NCBI RefSeq assembly: GCF_039654945.1
Contig: NW_027361682.1
Span: forward strand, 27,714,001-27,778,000
DNA from: Dendrobates tinctorius
Lineage: Eukaryota
Direction of reading: 5' to 3'
DNA: 64,000 bases
Below are positions 27,658 through 43,265 of this stretch, in pieces. The notes beneath the pieces are model-generated. The model was not told where the DNA came from, did no database searches, and saw nothing but the letters and a program-made list of their open reading frames with translations. How positions within the stretch are numbered: the first letter of the stretch is position 1; each line of letters starts with the position of its first letter. Made by a program: the position numbers and the translations under genes.

Positions 27658-29865
27658 TCTAATATATAAAGCTCAAGTGTGTGTATGTATGTGTGTATGT
27701 CCGGGATTGGCATCCGCACCGTCGCAGCTACAGCCACAAAATTTGGCACAGTCACACATCTGGACCCCGAGAGCGTCCTAAGCTATGTTGTGAGGCGAAA
27801 TTTTAACCCCGCACGTTCCAATTCACCAAACAATTTTGCCTCTATCTACATACTGGGGAAAAAGTGTGTGCGTGTCAAGCCCCGTCCCTCATTATGATGT
27901 CATAATGGTTGACTATGGGATGGCGGATATGTATAATGGGTATATGGGCATGGGACTATGGGATGGAGGATATGTATGATGGGTATATGGGCACGAGACT
28001 ATGGAATGGCGAATATGTATGATGGGTACATGGGCATGGGACTATGGGATGGAGGATATGTATGATGGGTATATGGGCACGGGACTATGGGATGGCGAAT
28101 ATGTATGATGGGTACATGGGCATGGGACTATGGGATGGAGGATATGTATGATGGGTATATGGGCACGGGACTATGGGATGGCGAATATGTATGATGGGTA
28201 TATGGGCACTGGACTATGGGATGGCGGATATGTATGATGGGTATATGGGCACTGGACTATGGGATGGCGGATATGTATGATGGGTATATGGGCACGGGAC
28301 TATGGGATGGAGGATATGTATGATGGGTATATGGGAGCGGGACTGTGATCGTGGATATGTATGATCGGTATATGGGCATGGGACTATGGGATGGAGGATG
28401 TGTGATGGGTATATGGGCATGGGACTATGGGATGGCGGATATGTATGATGGGTATATGGGCACTGGACTATGGGATCGTGGATATGTATGATGGGTATAT
28501 GGGAGCGGGACTGTGATCGTGGATATGTATGATCGGTATATGGGCATGGGACTATGGGATGGAGGATGTGTGATGGGTATATGGGCACTGGACTATGGGA
28601 TGGCGGATATGTATGATGGGTATATGGGCACTGGACTATGGGATCGTGGATATGTATGATGGGTATATGGGAGCGGGACTGTGATCGTGGATATGTATGA
28701 TCGGTATATGGGCATGGGACTATGGGATGGAGGATGTGTGATGGGTATATGGGCATGGGACTATGGGATGGTGGATATGTATGATGGGTATATGGGCACG
28801 GGACTATGGGATGGAGGATATGTATGATGGGTATATGGGCACGGGACTATGGGATGGAGGATATGTATGACGGGTATATGGGCATGGGACTATGGGATGG
28901 AGGATATGTATGATGGGTATATGGGCACGGGCCTATGGGATGGAGGATGTGTGATGGGTATATGGGCACTCGACTATGGAGGATATGTATGATGGGTATA
29001 TGGGCACGGGCCTATGGGATCGTGGATATGTATGATGGGTATATGGGCACGGGCCTATGGGATCGTGGATATGTATGATGGGTATATGGGAGCGGGACTG
29101 TGATCGTGGATATGTATGATCGGTATATGGGCATGGGACTATGGGATGGAGGATGTGTGATGGGTATATGGGCACGGGCCTATGGGATGGTGGATATGTA
29201 TGATGGGTATATGGGCACTGGACTATGAGATGGAAGATATGTATGATGGGTATATGGGCATGGGACTATGGGATGGAGGATATGTATGATGGGTATATGG
29301 GCACTGGACTATGGGATGGAGGATATGTGTGATGGGTATATGGGCACTGGACTATGATATGGAAGATATGTATGATGGGTATATGGGCACGGGACTATGG
29401 GATGGAGGATATGTATGATGGGTATATGGGCACGGGCCTATGGGATCGTGGATATATATGATGGGTATATGGGCACTGGACTATGGGATGGAGGATATGT
29501 GTGATGGGTATATGGGCACTGGACTATGAGATGGAAGATATGTATGATGGGTATATGGGCACTGGACTATGAGATGGAAGATATGTATGATGGGTATATG
29601 GGCATGGGACTATGGGATGGAGGATATGTATGATGGGTATATGGGCACTGGACTATGGGATGGAGGATATGTATGATGGGTATATGGGCACTGGACTATG
29701 GGATGGAGGATATGTATGATGGGTATATGGGCACTGGACTATGGGATGGAGGATATGTATGACGGGTATATGGGCATAGGACTATGGGATGGAGGATAAT
29801 TATAATTTGCTATAACTAACCTCTGTTAGTTACTATGCCCGGGCAGCGCCAGGCTCTTCAGCTAG
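27658..29865 (+). mobile_element. Non-autonomous Helitron with internal minisatellite
   Basis: A|TCTAATATATAAAG 5' end; 3' hairpin GCCCGGGCAGCGCCAGGC followed by CTAG|T; no TSD. Confidence 0.85.
27910..29797. repeat. 43-bp minisatellite (about 44 copies)
   Basis: Unit GGGACTATGGGATGGAGGATATGTATGATGGGTATATGGGCAC with higher-order variant blocks. Confidence 0.95.
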
Positions 29866-30388
29866 TATATATATTTTAAACACCAGAATTGCTTTCATTC
29901 TACTGCCTGTGACTCGACACAATAAAAGTGATCAGACCCTCTGCAAAAAAATAAAATAAAAATAAGTCAAAACCCAAGAATTGCATTTTTCTGTTGCTGC
30001 GATCAAGCCCGCCTTTGTGACATCAAAAACGACGGCCCCTCAGCGGAAATATAAGCCGTACAGCCACCATTTCACAGCGCTTGAGGTTTTTACATTTGTC
30101 GGTCCATTTTACGGTAAAGTCACCGGCGTCGGTCCCATCTACGCCCCGTACGGCGAGGCTCAGACCTGGGGCCGGTCTTCAGGCCCACAGCCCCTGTGGC
30201 TCAGTCTGGCAGTCTCCTCTAGTAGCCACCAGGGTAAAGTCAGTGGCCACAAGCCGTTTAACCCCTTGCAGCCACCTCTAGTCCAGTCTCCCGGCACCAG
30301 GCGGAGTATAAATAACAGCAGCAGTCACAGGCCATTCTGCGACTTATAGTTCCACACCCACGGTATAAAGGCGCGGCGCCCCCCTTAC

Positions 30389-30489
30389 CTGAGCCGTCCT
30401 CTCGGCTCTGTCTCTCCGAGGCTGCGGCCTCAGCCTCTACCCCTGCAGCTCATACTCCTCTCACACAGGCCCCGCCGGCCTCCATGCTC
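30389..30489 (-). other. FAM104A: Probable upstream (first) exon of FAM104A
   Basis: GC-rich; strong donor CAG|GTAAGG at 30389; ACTATAAGTCGCAGAATG (ZNF143-like) motif just downstream at about 30333-30350. Confidence 0.55.
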
Positions 30490-31678
30490 TAGTGAGTGTC
30501 GTTCGTGAACGATCCGATACAAAGAGCCGGCTCCCTGCTGTGACCGAAATGAGCCGGATCTGCAGGGTGAATGAGCCGCTTTTTTTTTTTCTTCTGGCGC
30601 CTGGAAGCAGTGAATCCTGACTGTGACTCATCTGGGGGAGGAGCGGTCAGGAGAGGAGGAGATGTGGATAAATGCACGAGCGTTAACCCTTCAGTCCCAA
30701 ATATATCCTGCCAGTTCCTCCATGGCATATATGGCGTGTGACTATGTGTAGGAGGAGGGACGCAGCACATTGTCGTCATCATCTGCAATGAGCTGTGTGT
30801 TACCTTTAGTCCCAAATAAAGCTATACTTCACTGTCCCCTCCTCCCTGGCGTATACATACAGTATATGGTGTGTGCAGGAGGAGAGGCTCCGCACATTGT
30901 TATATCTTCTCATAGTGTTAGGCCAGGTTCACATTGCTTTATGGCCCTGCGGCCAACGGGATCGTTACATAGCGGCACTAACGCTGTAGCGGATGAGGTA
31001 ACGCCCCCGTTGGCCGCAATGCTACTAACGCATCCAAAACCGGCCTGATGCGTTACTTCCTGGCGCCCCCTGGAGCGCGGTCTGCAGCATTTGTGGGGGC
31101 GTCATGAAGTAACACATCAGGCCGAGTTTTGGATGCGTTAGTAGCATTGCGGCCAACGGGGGCGTAACCTCATCCGCTACAGCGTTAGTGCCGCTATGTA
31201 ATGATCCCGTTGGCCGCAGGGCCATAAAGCAATGTGAACCCGGCCTAACACTATGAGAAGATATAACAATGTGCGGAGCCTCTCCTCCTGCACACACCAT
31301 ATACTGTATGTATACGCCAGGGAGGAGGGGACAGTGAAGTATAGCTTTATTTGGGACTAAAGGTAACGCACAGCTCATTGCAGATGATGACGACAATGTG
31401 CTGCATCCCTCCTCCTACACACAGTCACACACCATATATGCCATGGAGGAACTGGCAGGATATATTTGGGACTGAAGGGTTAACTCTCGTGCATTTATCC
31501 ACATCTCCTCCTCTCCTGACCGCTCCTCCCCCAGATGAGTCACAGTCAGGATTCACTGCTTCCAGGCGCCAGAAAAAAACAAAACGGCTCAGTCACCCTG
31601 CAGATCCGGCTCATTCATTTCGTTCACAGCAGGGAGCCGGCTCTTTGTATCGGATCGTTCATGAACAACATATCACTA
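30490..31678. mobile_element. Foldback hAT-like element with a central palindromic MITE (30921-31245)
   Basis: TAGTGAGTGTCGTTCG...TCGTTCATGAACAACATATCACTA termini; near-perfect 1.2-kb inverted repeat. Confidence 0.8.
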
Positions 31679-32009
31679 ACTGGCAGTAGTGAGGGGCAGT
31701 CCGGCTCTTTTTGGTGATCTGGCTCACTCGGCTCCGCTCACCAAAAAGAGCCGGCTCTTCTTGCAAAAAGTGCTCCTTTCCCCACTTATATCACTCCAGT
31801 CCCTTCACTATAAAGCCTGGGCCTCATTATACAGCTGTACAGGGGTCTAGTGAAGGCTTTTTAGCCATTTTCTCAGAGTGTAAGCTCCTGGGTTCAGGCC
31901 CTCACTGGTGTCCGTGTTGCCGTTTTGTGTTATCCTCTAATATCTGATATTTGTCCATGTGTTCTACATTAGTCACTGCTGCGACATCTGCCGGCACTGA
32001 TTATTCTAA

Positions 32010-32882
32010 AGGCCCCGTCACACATAGCAATCTCGGTAGCGAGATCGCTGCTGAGTCACAACTTTTGTGACGTAACAGCGATCTCACCAGCGAGATCGTT
32101 GTGTGTGACAGCGATCAGCGAGCGGCCCCCCTGCCGGGATCACTGGAAGAAACCTCTGGACATTTCTTTGGTCGCTGGTCTCCCGCTGGCCAGCACGCAT
32201 CGCTGTGTGTGACAGCGGGAGACCAGCGATCAGGTGTAAAAAAAATATAGTTATTCTCACCTTCCGACTTCCCGTTCAGCCATCCCGCCTCTCTCCACGC
32301 TCCGGTCCCAGTGATCCTTTGCACGAATGACCGCGAGACTTTGTTATCCCTCGAGACCGTGGAGAGAGGCGGGATGACTGAACGGGACGTCGGAAGGTGA
32401 GAATAACTATATTTTTTATTTTGATTCTATTTTTTTACAGCTCACCAGCGATCACATAGCGACTTACCAGCGATCCTGACACCTTGATATCGGTGTCGGG
32501 ATTGCTGGTAAGTCGCTTAGTGTGATGGGGCCTTTAGGCTATGTGCACACATTGCAGATTTGCTGCGGATCCACAAGTGATGTACAGTACAATGTTTTTC
32601 TATGGGGGAAAAAAACGCTGTGCACATGCTGCGGAAAAATCCAAGCGGAAAAGCAGCAGTTTATTTTCCACAGCATGTCAATACTTTGTGCGGATTTCGC
32701 ATAGTTTTTACACCCATTCCATTCTAGAAATCCGCAGGTGTAAGACCGCAGGTGAAATCCGCACAAAATCCACAATAAATCTGCATAAAAGCCGCAGGGA
32801 TTTAGACCTGCGGATTCTGCCAAGAGATGCAGATTCCGCACAGAAAATTCCACACAGCAATCCGCAACATGTGCACATATCC
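32010..32882. mobile_element. Two abutting PIF/Harbinger-like MITEs (32010-32533 and 32537-32882)
   Basis: AGGCCCCGTCACAC/GTGTGATGGGGCCT and GGCTATGTGCAC/GTGCACATATCC, sharing one TTA. Confidence 0.75.
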
Positions 32883-32944
32883 TTATAAGTAAATCTTTGG
32901 AGACATGTTCCAGGTTCTTACAGAGTAACTCTGATATCTGCACC

Positions 32945-35580
<2,636 letters not shown>

Positions 35581-35854
35581 CACAACCCGCCCTCTACTGA
35601 CTTCACGGTGAGTACCCGATCGGTAATCTTTTTAGCCGTGATGTGAGGAGAGGGCGGGTTGTTGGGCCGGAATTGGCGCCTGCACATTCCTCTCTTTCTG
35701 GCGCCATTTTCTTGAAGACACACTGCAGTGTGTCTTCCACAAAATGGCGCCAGAAAGCGCAGACTGCGCATGCGCCGCTTCCGACCCAACAACCTGCCCT
35801 CTCCTGTCATCACCGCCAGATGCAAGACCCCACGGCAGCACACCGAATTGGTAA

Positions 35855-36575
35855 GGCCTGTTTCATACCTCTGTCACCGGCGGTCAGTTGAAATCCGCCA
35901 AAGGTTGAAACCAGCTGATCTGTGACAGATGTCAGCGGAGCACGTAGGATGAAGGATCCGTGGGAGAAGCGATGCGGCCAAATTTAAAGTGACTGCGGCG
36001 GTCGCGAATTGCATGTAGATCGCGTGAGGTGGAGAGCGACCGGGAGAGGGACATCGCGGGAGCTGGAGTAGCGCGATCGGGAGAGGGATATCGCGGGAGG
36101 TGGAGCGCGATCGGGATATCGCGGGAGCTGGAGTAGCGCGATCGGGAGAGGGATATCGCGGGAGGTGGAGTGGGATCGGGATATCGCAGGAGCTGGAGTA
36201 GCGCGATCGGGAGAGGGATATCGCGGGAGGTGGAGCGCGATCGGGAGAGGGATATCGCGGGAGGTGGAGCGGGATCGGGATATCGTGGGAGGGATGGGTG
36301 AGTTGGAGAGCGATGAGAGATTTTATCGGCTCCTGGAGCGGCATTTATGGGTTAATGCTGAAATTAGTGGACCGTCAAAGCAAAAAAACGTTGCAGGGTC
36401 CGTTTCATCCGCCCGGGAGCCGCTAAAATCTTGGTGGATCCATAAAAAAAGGGTGGCACGGACGACCGTCAGTCAAGATCCGCCAATAATGTAAGTATAT
36501 AAGGGAAAAAACGGATCCGCCCCTTTTTTGGCGGATTTTGACTGAAGGGAAAAAACGGATGTGTGAAACAGGCCT
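35855..36575. mobile_element. PIF/Harbinger-like MITE with internal CpG-rich repeat
   Basis: TAA|GGCCTGTTTCA...TGAAACAGGCC|TAA; GCGCGATCGGGAGAGGGATATCGCGGGAG repeats at 36030-36290. Confidence 0.7.
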
Positions 36576-37259
36576 AAGGTGTTGTGCCGGAGATCAGTGC
36601 TTACGCATACCGCGATCGCCTGGGGGGAGTGCGTCTACCGTGATCTTGTGGGGGGTGCGTCCCTCTGGAGCCAGACTGCGCAGGTGCATCACACTTGTGC
36701 AGTCTATAAAGGCTTCGGACTGAGTGACGCTTAGCCCGTTATATTATAGATATACCCGGATCTGTCCACAGAGTTTCTCTGCCTCAGATTTATATTATTA
36801 CTTTCCCACTGTAGAGCAGCAGGAACTACAGAAGATAATGAGGGATAAGATGGCTGTCAGTGCCTGACCTCAGCGCCTCAGCTCTGCTCATTCTGCAGCT
36901 GCCGGACATCCACTGTTATGTCACTGACAGTCTGGGTGACTGCACATTGTGATCCATCACAGCTCAAGTGTGCACTCACTGCACTGAGCAACCAATCACA
37001 GTACAGCTATGTGTCATGTGGGAGGAGCCCAGTCGCAAGTCAACGCCTTGCCAGTCACTCCCCACTTGTGCACACTGCTCTAAGTCTCCTCCTCAGCTCC
37101 TCCCAGCCCCCAGCCAGGCAGGAAGAAGCTAAGCAAACAGCAGGGGAAAAAAAAAAAAATTGGCTCAGCTCCCAGTGGTGAGCCGACTCCCGTCGGTCAC
37201 GTGAAAGAGCCGGCTCTTTGTCTCGGTTCGTTCACGAACGACACATCACTAACTGGCAG

Positions 37260-37558
37260 CATGTGGCCGACTGGCTGAGAAGTGAGGAGCAGGTAAAACG
37301 CGGCGCATGCGCTCCTCTGCATGAGGATCGGGGTCTGAGCCGTGTGCGACCCCCAAATATTCACGCTCCTTTGTTTTACACGAGTCCATGTTTCCTGACA
37401 GTGGTCACCCCCTAGTGCAGGAATAAAGCGCAGTCCAGGCCTCAGGAGAAGCTTAGCAATTTTCTGATCCACTTCCTCTGTCATTTCCTCACTCTTCACT
37501 CTCTCTGCTTGCTGACAGGGAACCCGGACACGTCTTTGAGCCGAGAGACCCTGAAAAG
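37260..37558 (+). promoter_or_regulatory. C17orf80 promoter and putative non-coding first exon
   Basis: NRF1-like GCGCATGCGC at about 37303; ETS-like CACTTCCT; strong donor AAG|GTGAGT at 37558/37559; next exon begins 2 nt before the ATG. Confidence 0.55.
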
Positions 37559-37989
37559 GTGAGTAATACAGTGGTGTGAAAAGGGGTCTCACGTCAATCA
37601 CGCACTGCACCGTAAAACACACCCCAAAATACATTCCCCCCTTTTAAACAGACCACACACTGGCCCCTTTCTTTATACATCACCCTCTCCCAGTCCCCTC
37701 ACCCCTTTATGGCCCCCAGACCAATCCCCTGCAGTCTTATAGCCCAGCCCCCTTGTGCCTTTATATAGGTCACTTAGACCAGTTCCCTCTCTTTATAAAA
37801 ACCCCTAAACATCCCCCCATCTTTAAAAGGACCACATAAACCTGCCCCCACCTTTATACAGACCCCCCGACCTGCCCCCACTTTTATACAGACCCCCCCA
37901 CACACACACCTTTAGGCAGATACCAAGACCAGTCTGACTCTTTGGACAGATCACACCAATCAATCCCCCACATTCCTTTTACAGATCCT

Positions 37990-39022
37990 CAGACCAGCCT
38001 ACCACCTTCATACAGACTGCCAGACCAGCCTACCACCTTCATACAGATACCAAGACCAGCCTACCACCTTCATACAGATACCAAGACCAGCCTACCACCT
38101 TCATACAGATACCAAGACCAGCCTACCACCTTCATACAGATACCAAGACCAGCCTACCACCTTCATACAGATACCAAGACCAGCCTACCACCTTCATACA
38201 GATACCAAGACCAGCCTACCACCTTCATACAGATACCAAGACCAGCCTACCACCTTCATACAGACTACCAAGACCAGCCTACCACCTTCATACAGACTGC
38301 CAGACCAGCCTACCACCTTCATACAGATAACCAAGACCAGCCTACCACCTTCATACAGATACCAAGACCAGCCTACCACCTTCATACAGATACCAAGACC
38401 AGCCTACCACCTTCATACAGATACCAAGACCAGCCTACCACCTTCATACAGATACCAAGACCAGCCTACCACCTTCATACAGATACCAAGACCAGCCTAC
38501 CACCTTCATACAGACTGCCAGACCAGCCTACCACCTTCATACAGATACCAAGACCAGCCTACCACCTTCATACAGATACCAAGACCAGCCTACCACCTTC
38601 ATACAGATACCAAGACCAGCCTACCACCTTCATACAGATACCAAGACCAGCCTACCACCTTCATACAGACTGCCAGACCAGCCTACCACCTTCATACAGA
38701 CTACCAAGACCAGCCTACCACCTTCATACAGACTGCCAGACCAGCCTACCACCTTCATACAGACTGCCAGACCAGCCTACCACCTTCATACAGACTGCCA
38801 GACCAGCCTACCACCTTCATACAGACTGCCAGACCAGCCTACCACCTTCATACAGACTGCCAGACCAGCCTACCACCTTCATACAGACTACCAAGACCAG
38901 CCTACCACCTTCATACAGATACCAAGACCAGCCTACCACCTTCATACAGACTGCCAGACCAGCCTACCACCTTCATACAGACTGCCAGACCAGCCTACCA
39001 CCTTCATACAGACCGCCAGACT
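37990..39022. repeat. 31-bp minisatellite (about 33 copies)
   Basis: ACCAGCCTACCACCTTCATACAGATACCAAG. Confidence 0.95.
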
Positions 39023-39507
39023 AGCCCCCTACCTTTATACAGATCCCCATTCAATCCTCCTTTTCCAGACCCCCAGCCTTGCCCCCTCCTTTCTACAGAT
39101 ACCAAGACACCCTGACTAGACCAACTACCTAACTTTATATAGATAACAAAACCAGTTTGACTCTTTATACAGACCCCCGCTCAATCCACCACACACTTTA
39201 TACAGACCTCCAGCCTAACCCCAACCTTTGTATGGATGCTAAGACCAGCCCCTTCCTAATAGAGACACACAGCCTATCCACCCCTTTATATCCCAGGTCC
39301 TTCTTTATACAGCCCACACTGACCAATCCAGCGCCGTCCCCTAGACCAGCTCCCCTGTACCTTTTATATAGATCACCTAGACCAGTCCCCTCTCTATATA
39401 AAGACCCCAAATCCAGCCCCCACCTTTTAGACCAGCCCCTTATATACAGATTCCCGCTCAATCCCCCACACTTCTTATACAGAGCCCCAGACCATCCACT
39501 GCCTAAG

Positions 39508-39677
39508 GCCGGGGTCACACTTGCGAGAAACTCGCACAAGTCTCGCCTCTTAATACCAAGCACTCAGACCGGAGCGCTCAGCTGCGTAGAAATAAATGCA
39601 GCCACACACTCCGGTCCCGAGTGCCGGGTATTGAGACGCGAGACTTGTGGGAGTTTCTCACAAGTGTGACCCCGGCC
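39508..39677. mobile_element. Short palindromic MITE (related partial copy at about 19878-20030)
   Basis: GGCCGGGGTCACACTTG / CAAGTGTGACCCCGGCC with TAA flanks. Confidence 0.75.
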
Positions 39678-39796
39678 TAATAGTGACCCACAGACTCTCA
39701 CTTTAAACAGATCCCCGGCCCAGGCCCCTCTTTATTTTGACCATCAGGCCTGCCCCCTTCTTTCACAAGCCGCCAAACCAGACAGACAGATAATAA

Positions 39797-40504
39797 GGGT
39801 ATGTGCACACTGCACACGCTGCGGATCCGCAGCAGATTCTGCTGCGTTTACATTTCCATTCAAGTCTACCGATTTTCAAAAACGCTGTGCACATGCTGCA
39901 TTTTTTTCCACGCAGATTTGCTGCGGGTTCGAATCCACAGCATGTCAATTCTTTCTGCGGATTCCACTGCATTTTGACACTTGTACAGGTGTCAAAAATG
40001 CAGGGAAATCCGCAGGTAAAACGCAAGTCATTTTACCTGCAAATCCGCAGCGTGTGCACATACCCTAACTCTTCCATCCCATCCCTACATGTCCTTTTCC
40101 TCCTGGTCACTGACAACATCCTGACACTGGGAGTGGCTCGGAGGGGGATTAGTGCTGCTGATCTTCTCATAATACTATGAGGGTATGTGCACACGTTGCG
40201 GATCCGCTGAAGATTTCCTAGTGATTTACAGTACAATGTTAAGCTATGGGAAATAAAAACTGTTGTGTACATGCTGCGGAAAAATCCACGCGGAAATGCA
40301 GCGGTTTATTTTCCGCAGCATGTCAATTCTTTGTGCGGATTCCGCAGCATTTTTACACCTATTCCATTATAGGAATCCGCAGGTGTAAGAACGCAGGCGA
40401 AATCCGCACTAAGTCCACAGTAAAAATGTGTAGATTTTGACCTGCGGATTCTGCCAAAAATAGCAGATTCTGCGAGGAAAATTCCGCAACGTGTACACAT
40501 ACCG
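39797..40504. mobile_element. Two PIF/Harbinger-like MITEs (39797-40065 and 40181-40504)
   Basis: GGGTATGTGCACAC...GTGCACATACCC termini, TAA TSD on the first; same family as 32537-32882 and 62185-62496. Confidence 0.75.
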
Positions 40505-40823
40505 TGTATGATTCTATGGCCCATAACAATCAGGGGGAACAAGCCCACCTGACATCCGTTCCACCTCATAAGGTGGCTGCCACATCTAGATGTCATTAGG
40601 GCTAATCCACGCAGCTGTATTACAGGCTCAATTCTCGACCTGACCCAAAACCTCATACGATTCCCTTTCCTTAAGTGAAAAGGGTAAACTAAGCTTGCAC
40701 AGCCATTCCTCGTCTCAAGATAGGTAGAGGACCCAGAGGTCAAATGTCTCCCGCAGCCCTTTATCCAATTTCTGACCCCTGTGGTTATAACCTCTAAACC
40801 TCATATTTTTGTTCCCTTCAGTG

Positions 40824-41868
40824 ATGAAAGATCCATCATCTCCAATGGATGTTTGCCCGTTTTGCGGGAAGGCTTTTAAGAGACTGAAATCCCATTTACC
40901 CCATTGTAAGATGGCTGAAAACAAAAACAAAGCTACAAGGCCAGACCCTGGAGACCAAAGTAGGACTGCCAAACAGGTGCCCATGAAAAGGACAGGCACA
41001 AGTTTGCCAAGCTTAGATAAACAGGACATGAAAGCAAAAGCGAAAAGTAAGACAGGACTTAAAATTCAAGTTCAACAAGACAAAACCATATCCTCACCCC
41101 AGACGACAGCAACAAAAGTGGGAAAAGTCACATCAGGAAATATGTTGACCCAGCAGAAAGCTGTATCAACCATCGATGAGTCCAAGAAACCTCTACAGAC
41201 AGCCATAAGGACAAGTCAAATGATTACCTTACCAAAAGATCAAGATCGACAGCTGGTGGCATTAGCAGAACCTATTATGCCAATCCAGCAGGCCGTTATA
41301 TTAAAGACCAATCTTGAGAGATCAGTACCAATTACTGTGGAAAGTCCAAGATCGGGCAACATGGAAACTGTGAGAGACCAAGTCAGTATTAAAAAGTTTG
41401 AAGGAGATTTGATACGATTATTTGTGCCCAATCGCATCTCAGAAAAAGACATCGTAGAGCGTTCAGATGGGGTATGGCCTCACAGACCGGTCTATTTGGA
41501 TCAAAATTTTGTTTCAAAGTTTCATTCAGGATCTTCCAAGGCTTTGATGGTCTTCGAGTGGCCTACTAACTTTCCTCAGGAAGGGGTTAAAACACAAATG
41601 CCAGGAATTGCCTCAGTTGGGTGCAATATAAAAGCTGAAATGCATGATATTAAAGCATTGGGGACTACCGGGAAGTCTATGGAGAACATGATGGACGTGT
41701 TATTCCCACCCAAGACTATGCAGATAGTCGATGGTCACTTAGGGATGCACTGGATTCCGCAGTTGTATCCCAATTATGTCCAACTGTGCATAGTTCCTGG
41801 AAGACAAGATCAATGGGATCCACTTGGTAGAGGAACAACGATGCCAGACCCAATTGGAAATCTACCTG
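40824..41868 (+). CDS. C17orf80: C17orf80 large coding exon
   Basis: Acceptor TTCAG|TG ATG; CPFC...H..C motif; HLGMHWIPQLYPNY motif near the end; donor CCTG|GTAGAG. Confidence 0.88.
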
Positions 41869-43231
41869 GTAGAGTACCACCATGGTTAGATTGCTTGGAT
41901 CCTACAAGGATCCCTCATTCCTTTTATGCTTTTTAGGTCATTTTTCTTCTCTCTATCCCTAGAAGAAGTTTCTAAGATTGCTCGAACAGAGTCCATTCTA
42001 GAAAACCAGTCTATATCCAAGCGCCTGATGGATGTCAGACTCGGGGAGCTTCCTCACTGGTTGGCCAACCATAGCTTTACACCAAAGAATCTTACAACTT
42101 TTATGGCAAATGGTGAGAGAGCAAGTTACTTTTTGTCCTGTGGAGGTGCTGCAGGAAAATTCAACACTTTTGGTCAGGTTCTTTCACGCATCAGTGGAAA
42201 GGTTTGGGTAACCCTTACTACAAAAAGGGATTGTCTAAAGTGGAGAACCTTTTTAAGTCAATGGTGGCACACCAGTCTTCCAAAAGCTGGAAGCCAAGGG
42301 GAATTTCCAAATTATTTAACATTGCTACCTAAGGGTTCTCTACCATCACCAAATCCATTTTGAATAATCTGTAATGTCTGAAAGCTTCCTTTGAAAGAGG
42401 ATATTTCACACAATAATCATTATGGTATATCATTAGGATAGGTCACAACTAGAGATGAACGAATAAATTAGAGTGGAATAGAATGGTACAAAGATCTTCA
42501 TTTCGCCAAATTCGATTGGGAGCATTCAGCAACATTTTGAAGTGTATGGGACCATCAAAAGATTCTGAAATGTTAATTTAGCCTGATCTGCTCATCTCTA
42601 TTCATAACATTCAGGTCAGTGGAGGTGTTGTAAAACCAGCGATTGAGGCTGTAGTTCTTTGAGTGAATTGTCAAGGAATTGAAAAATATAGCTGCTTTCT
42701 TCCAGAAACAGCGCCACTTCTGTCCACAGGTTTGGGAGTGATATGACACGTTATCCCAACTAGTCATCCATGGATACGTGTGCTGCCGTTTTTGAAAGAA
42801 AGCAACATTTTTCTAGTAGTATACGACCTCCATTAACCCCTTAGTGACAGAGCCAAGTTTGTACTTAATGACTAACCAATTTTTACAATTCTGACCACTG
42901 TGAGGTTATAGCTCTGGAACACTTCAACGGATCACACTTATTCTGAGAGTGTTTCTTTGTGACATTGTACTTCATGTTAGTTGTCAAATTTCTTTGATAT
43001 GACTTGCGTTTATTTATGAAAAAAACAAAAATTTGGCAAACATTTAGAAAATTTAGCAATTTTCAAACTTTTAATTTTTGTGCCCTTAAATCAGAGAGCC
43101 ATATCGCATAAAATTGTTAATAAATAACATTTCTTTACATCAACACACTTTTGGAAACATTATTTTTTTTTTGTTAGGACATTATAAGGGTTGACCAGCA
43201 ATTTCTCATTTTTCCAACAAAATTTACAAAA

Positions 43232-43265
<34 letters not shown>

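Noticed and set aside
27910-29797. Regular repeat arrays (also 5178-5550, 13386-13950, 37990-39022) as CRISPR arrays or repeat proteins
   Set aside because: Head-to-tail units without unique spacers, no cas genes and a eukaryotic context. The ORFs are by-products of stop-poor units.
30430-30432. Selenocysteine or readthrough at the in-frame TGA of the FAM104A upstream exon
   Set aside because: No SECIS identified, no Cys/Sec precedent in this family that I know of, and an alternative ATG exon explains the protein.
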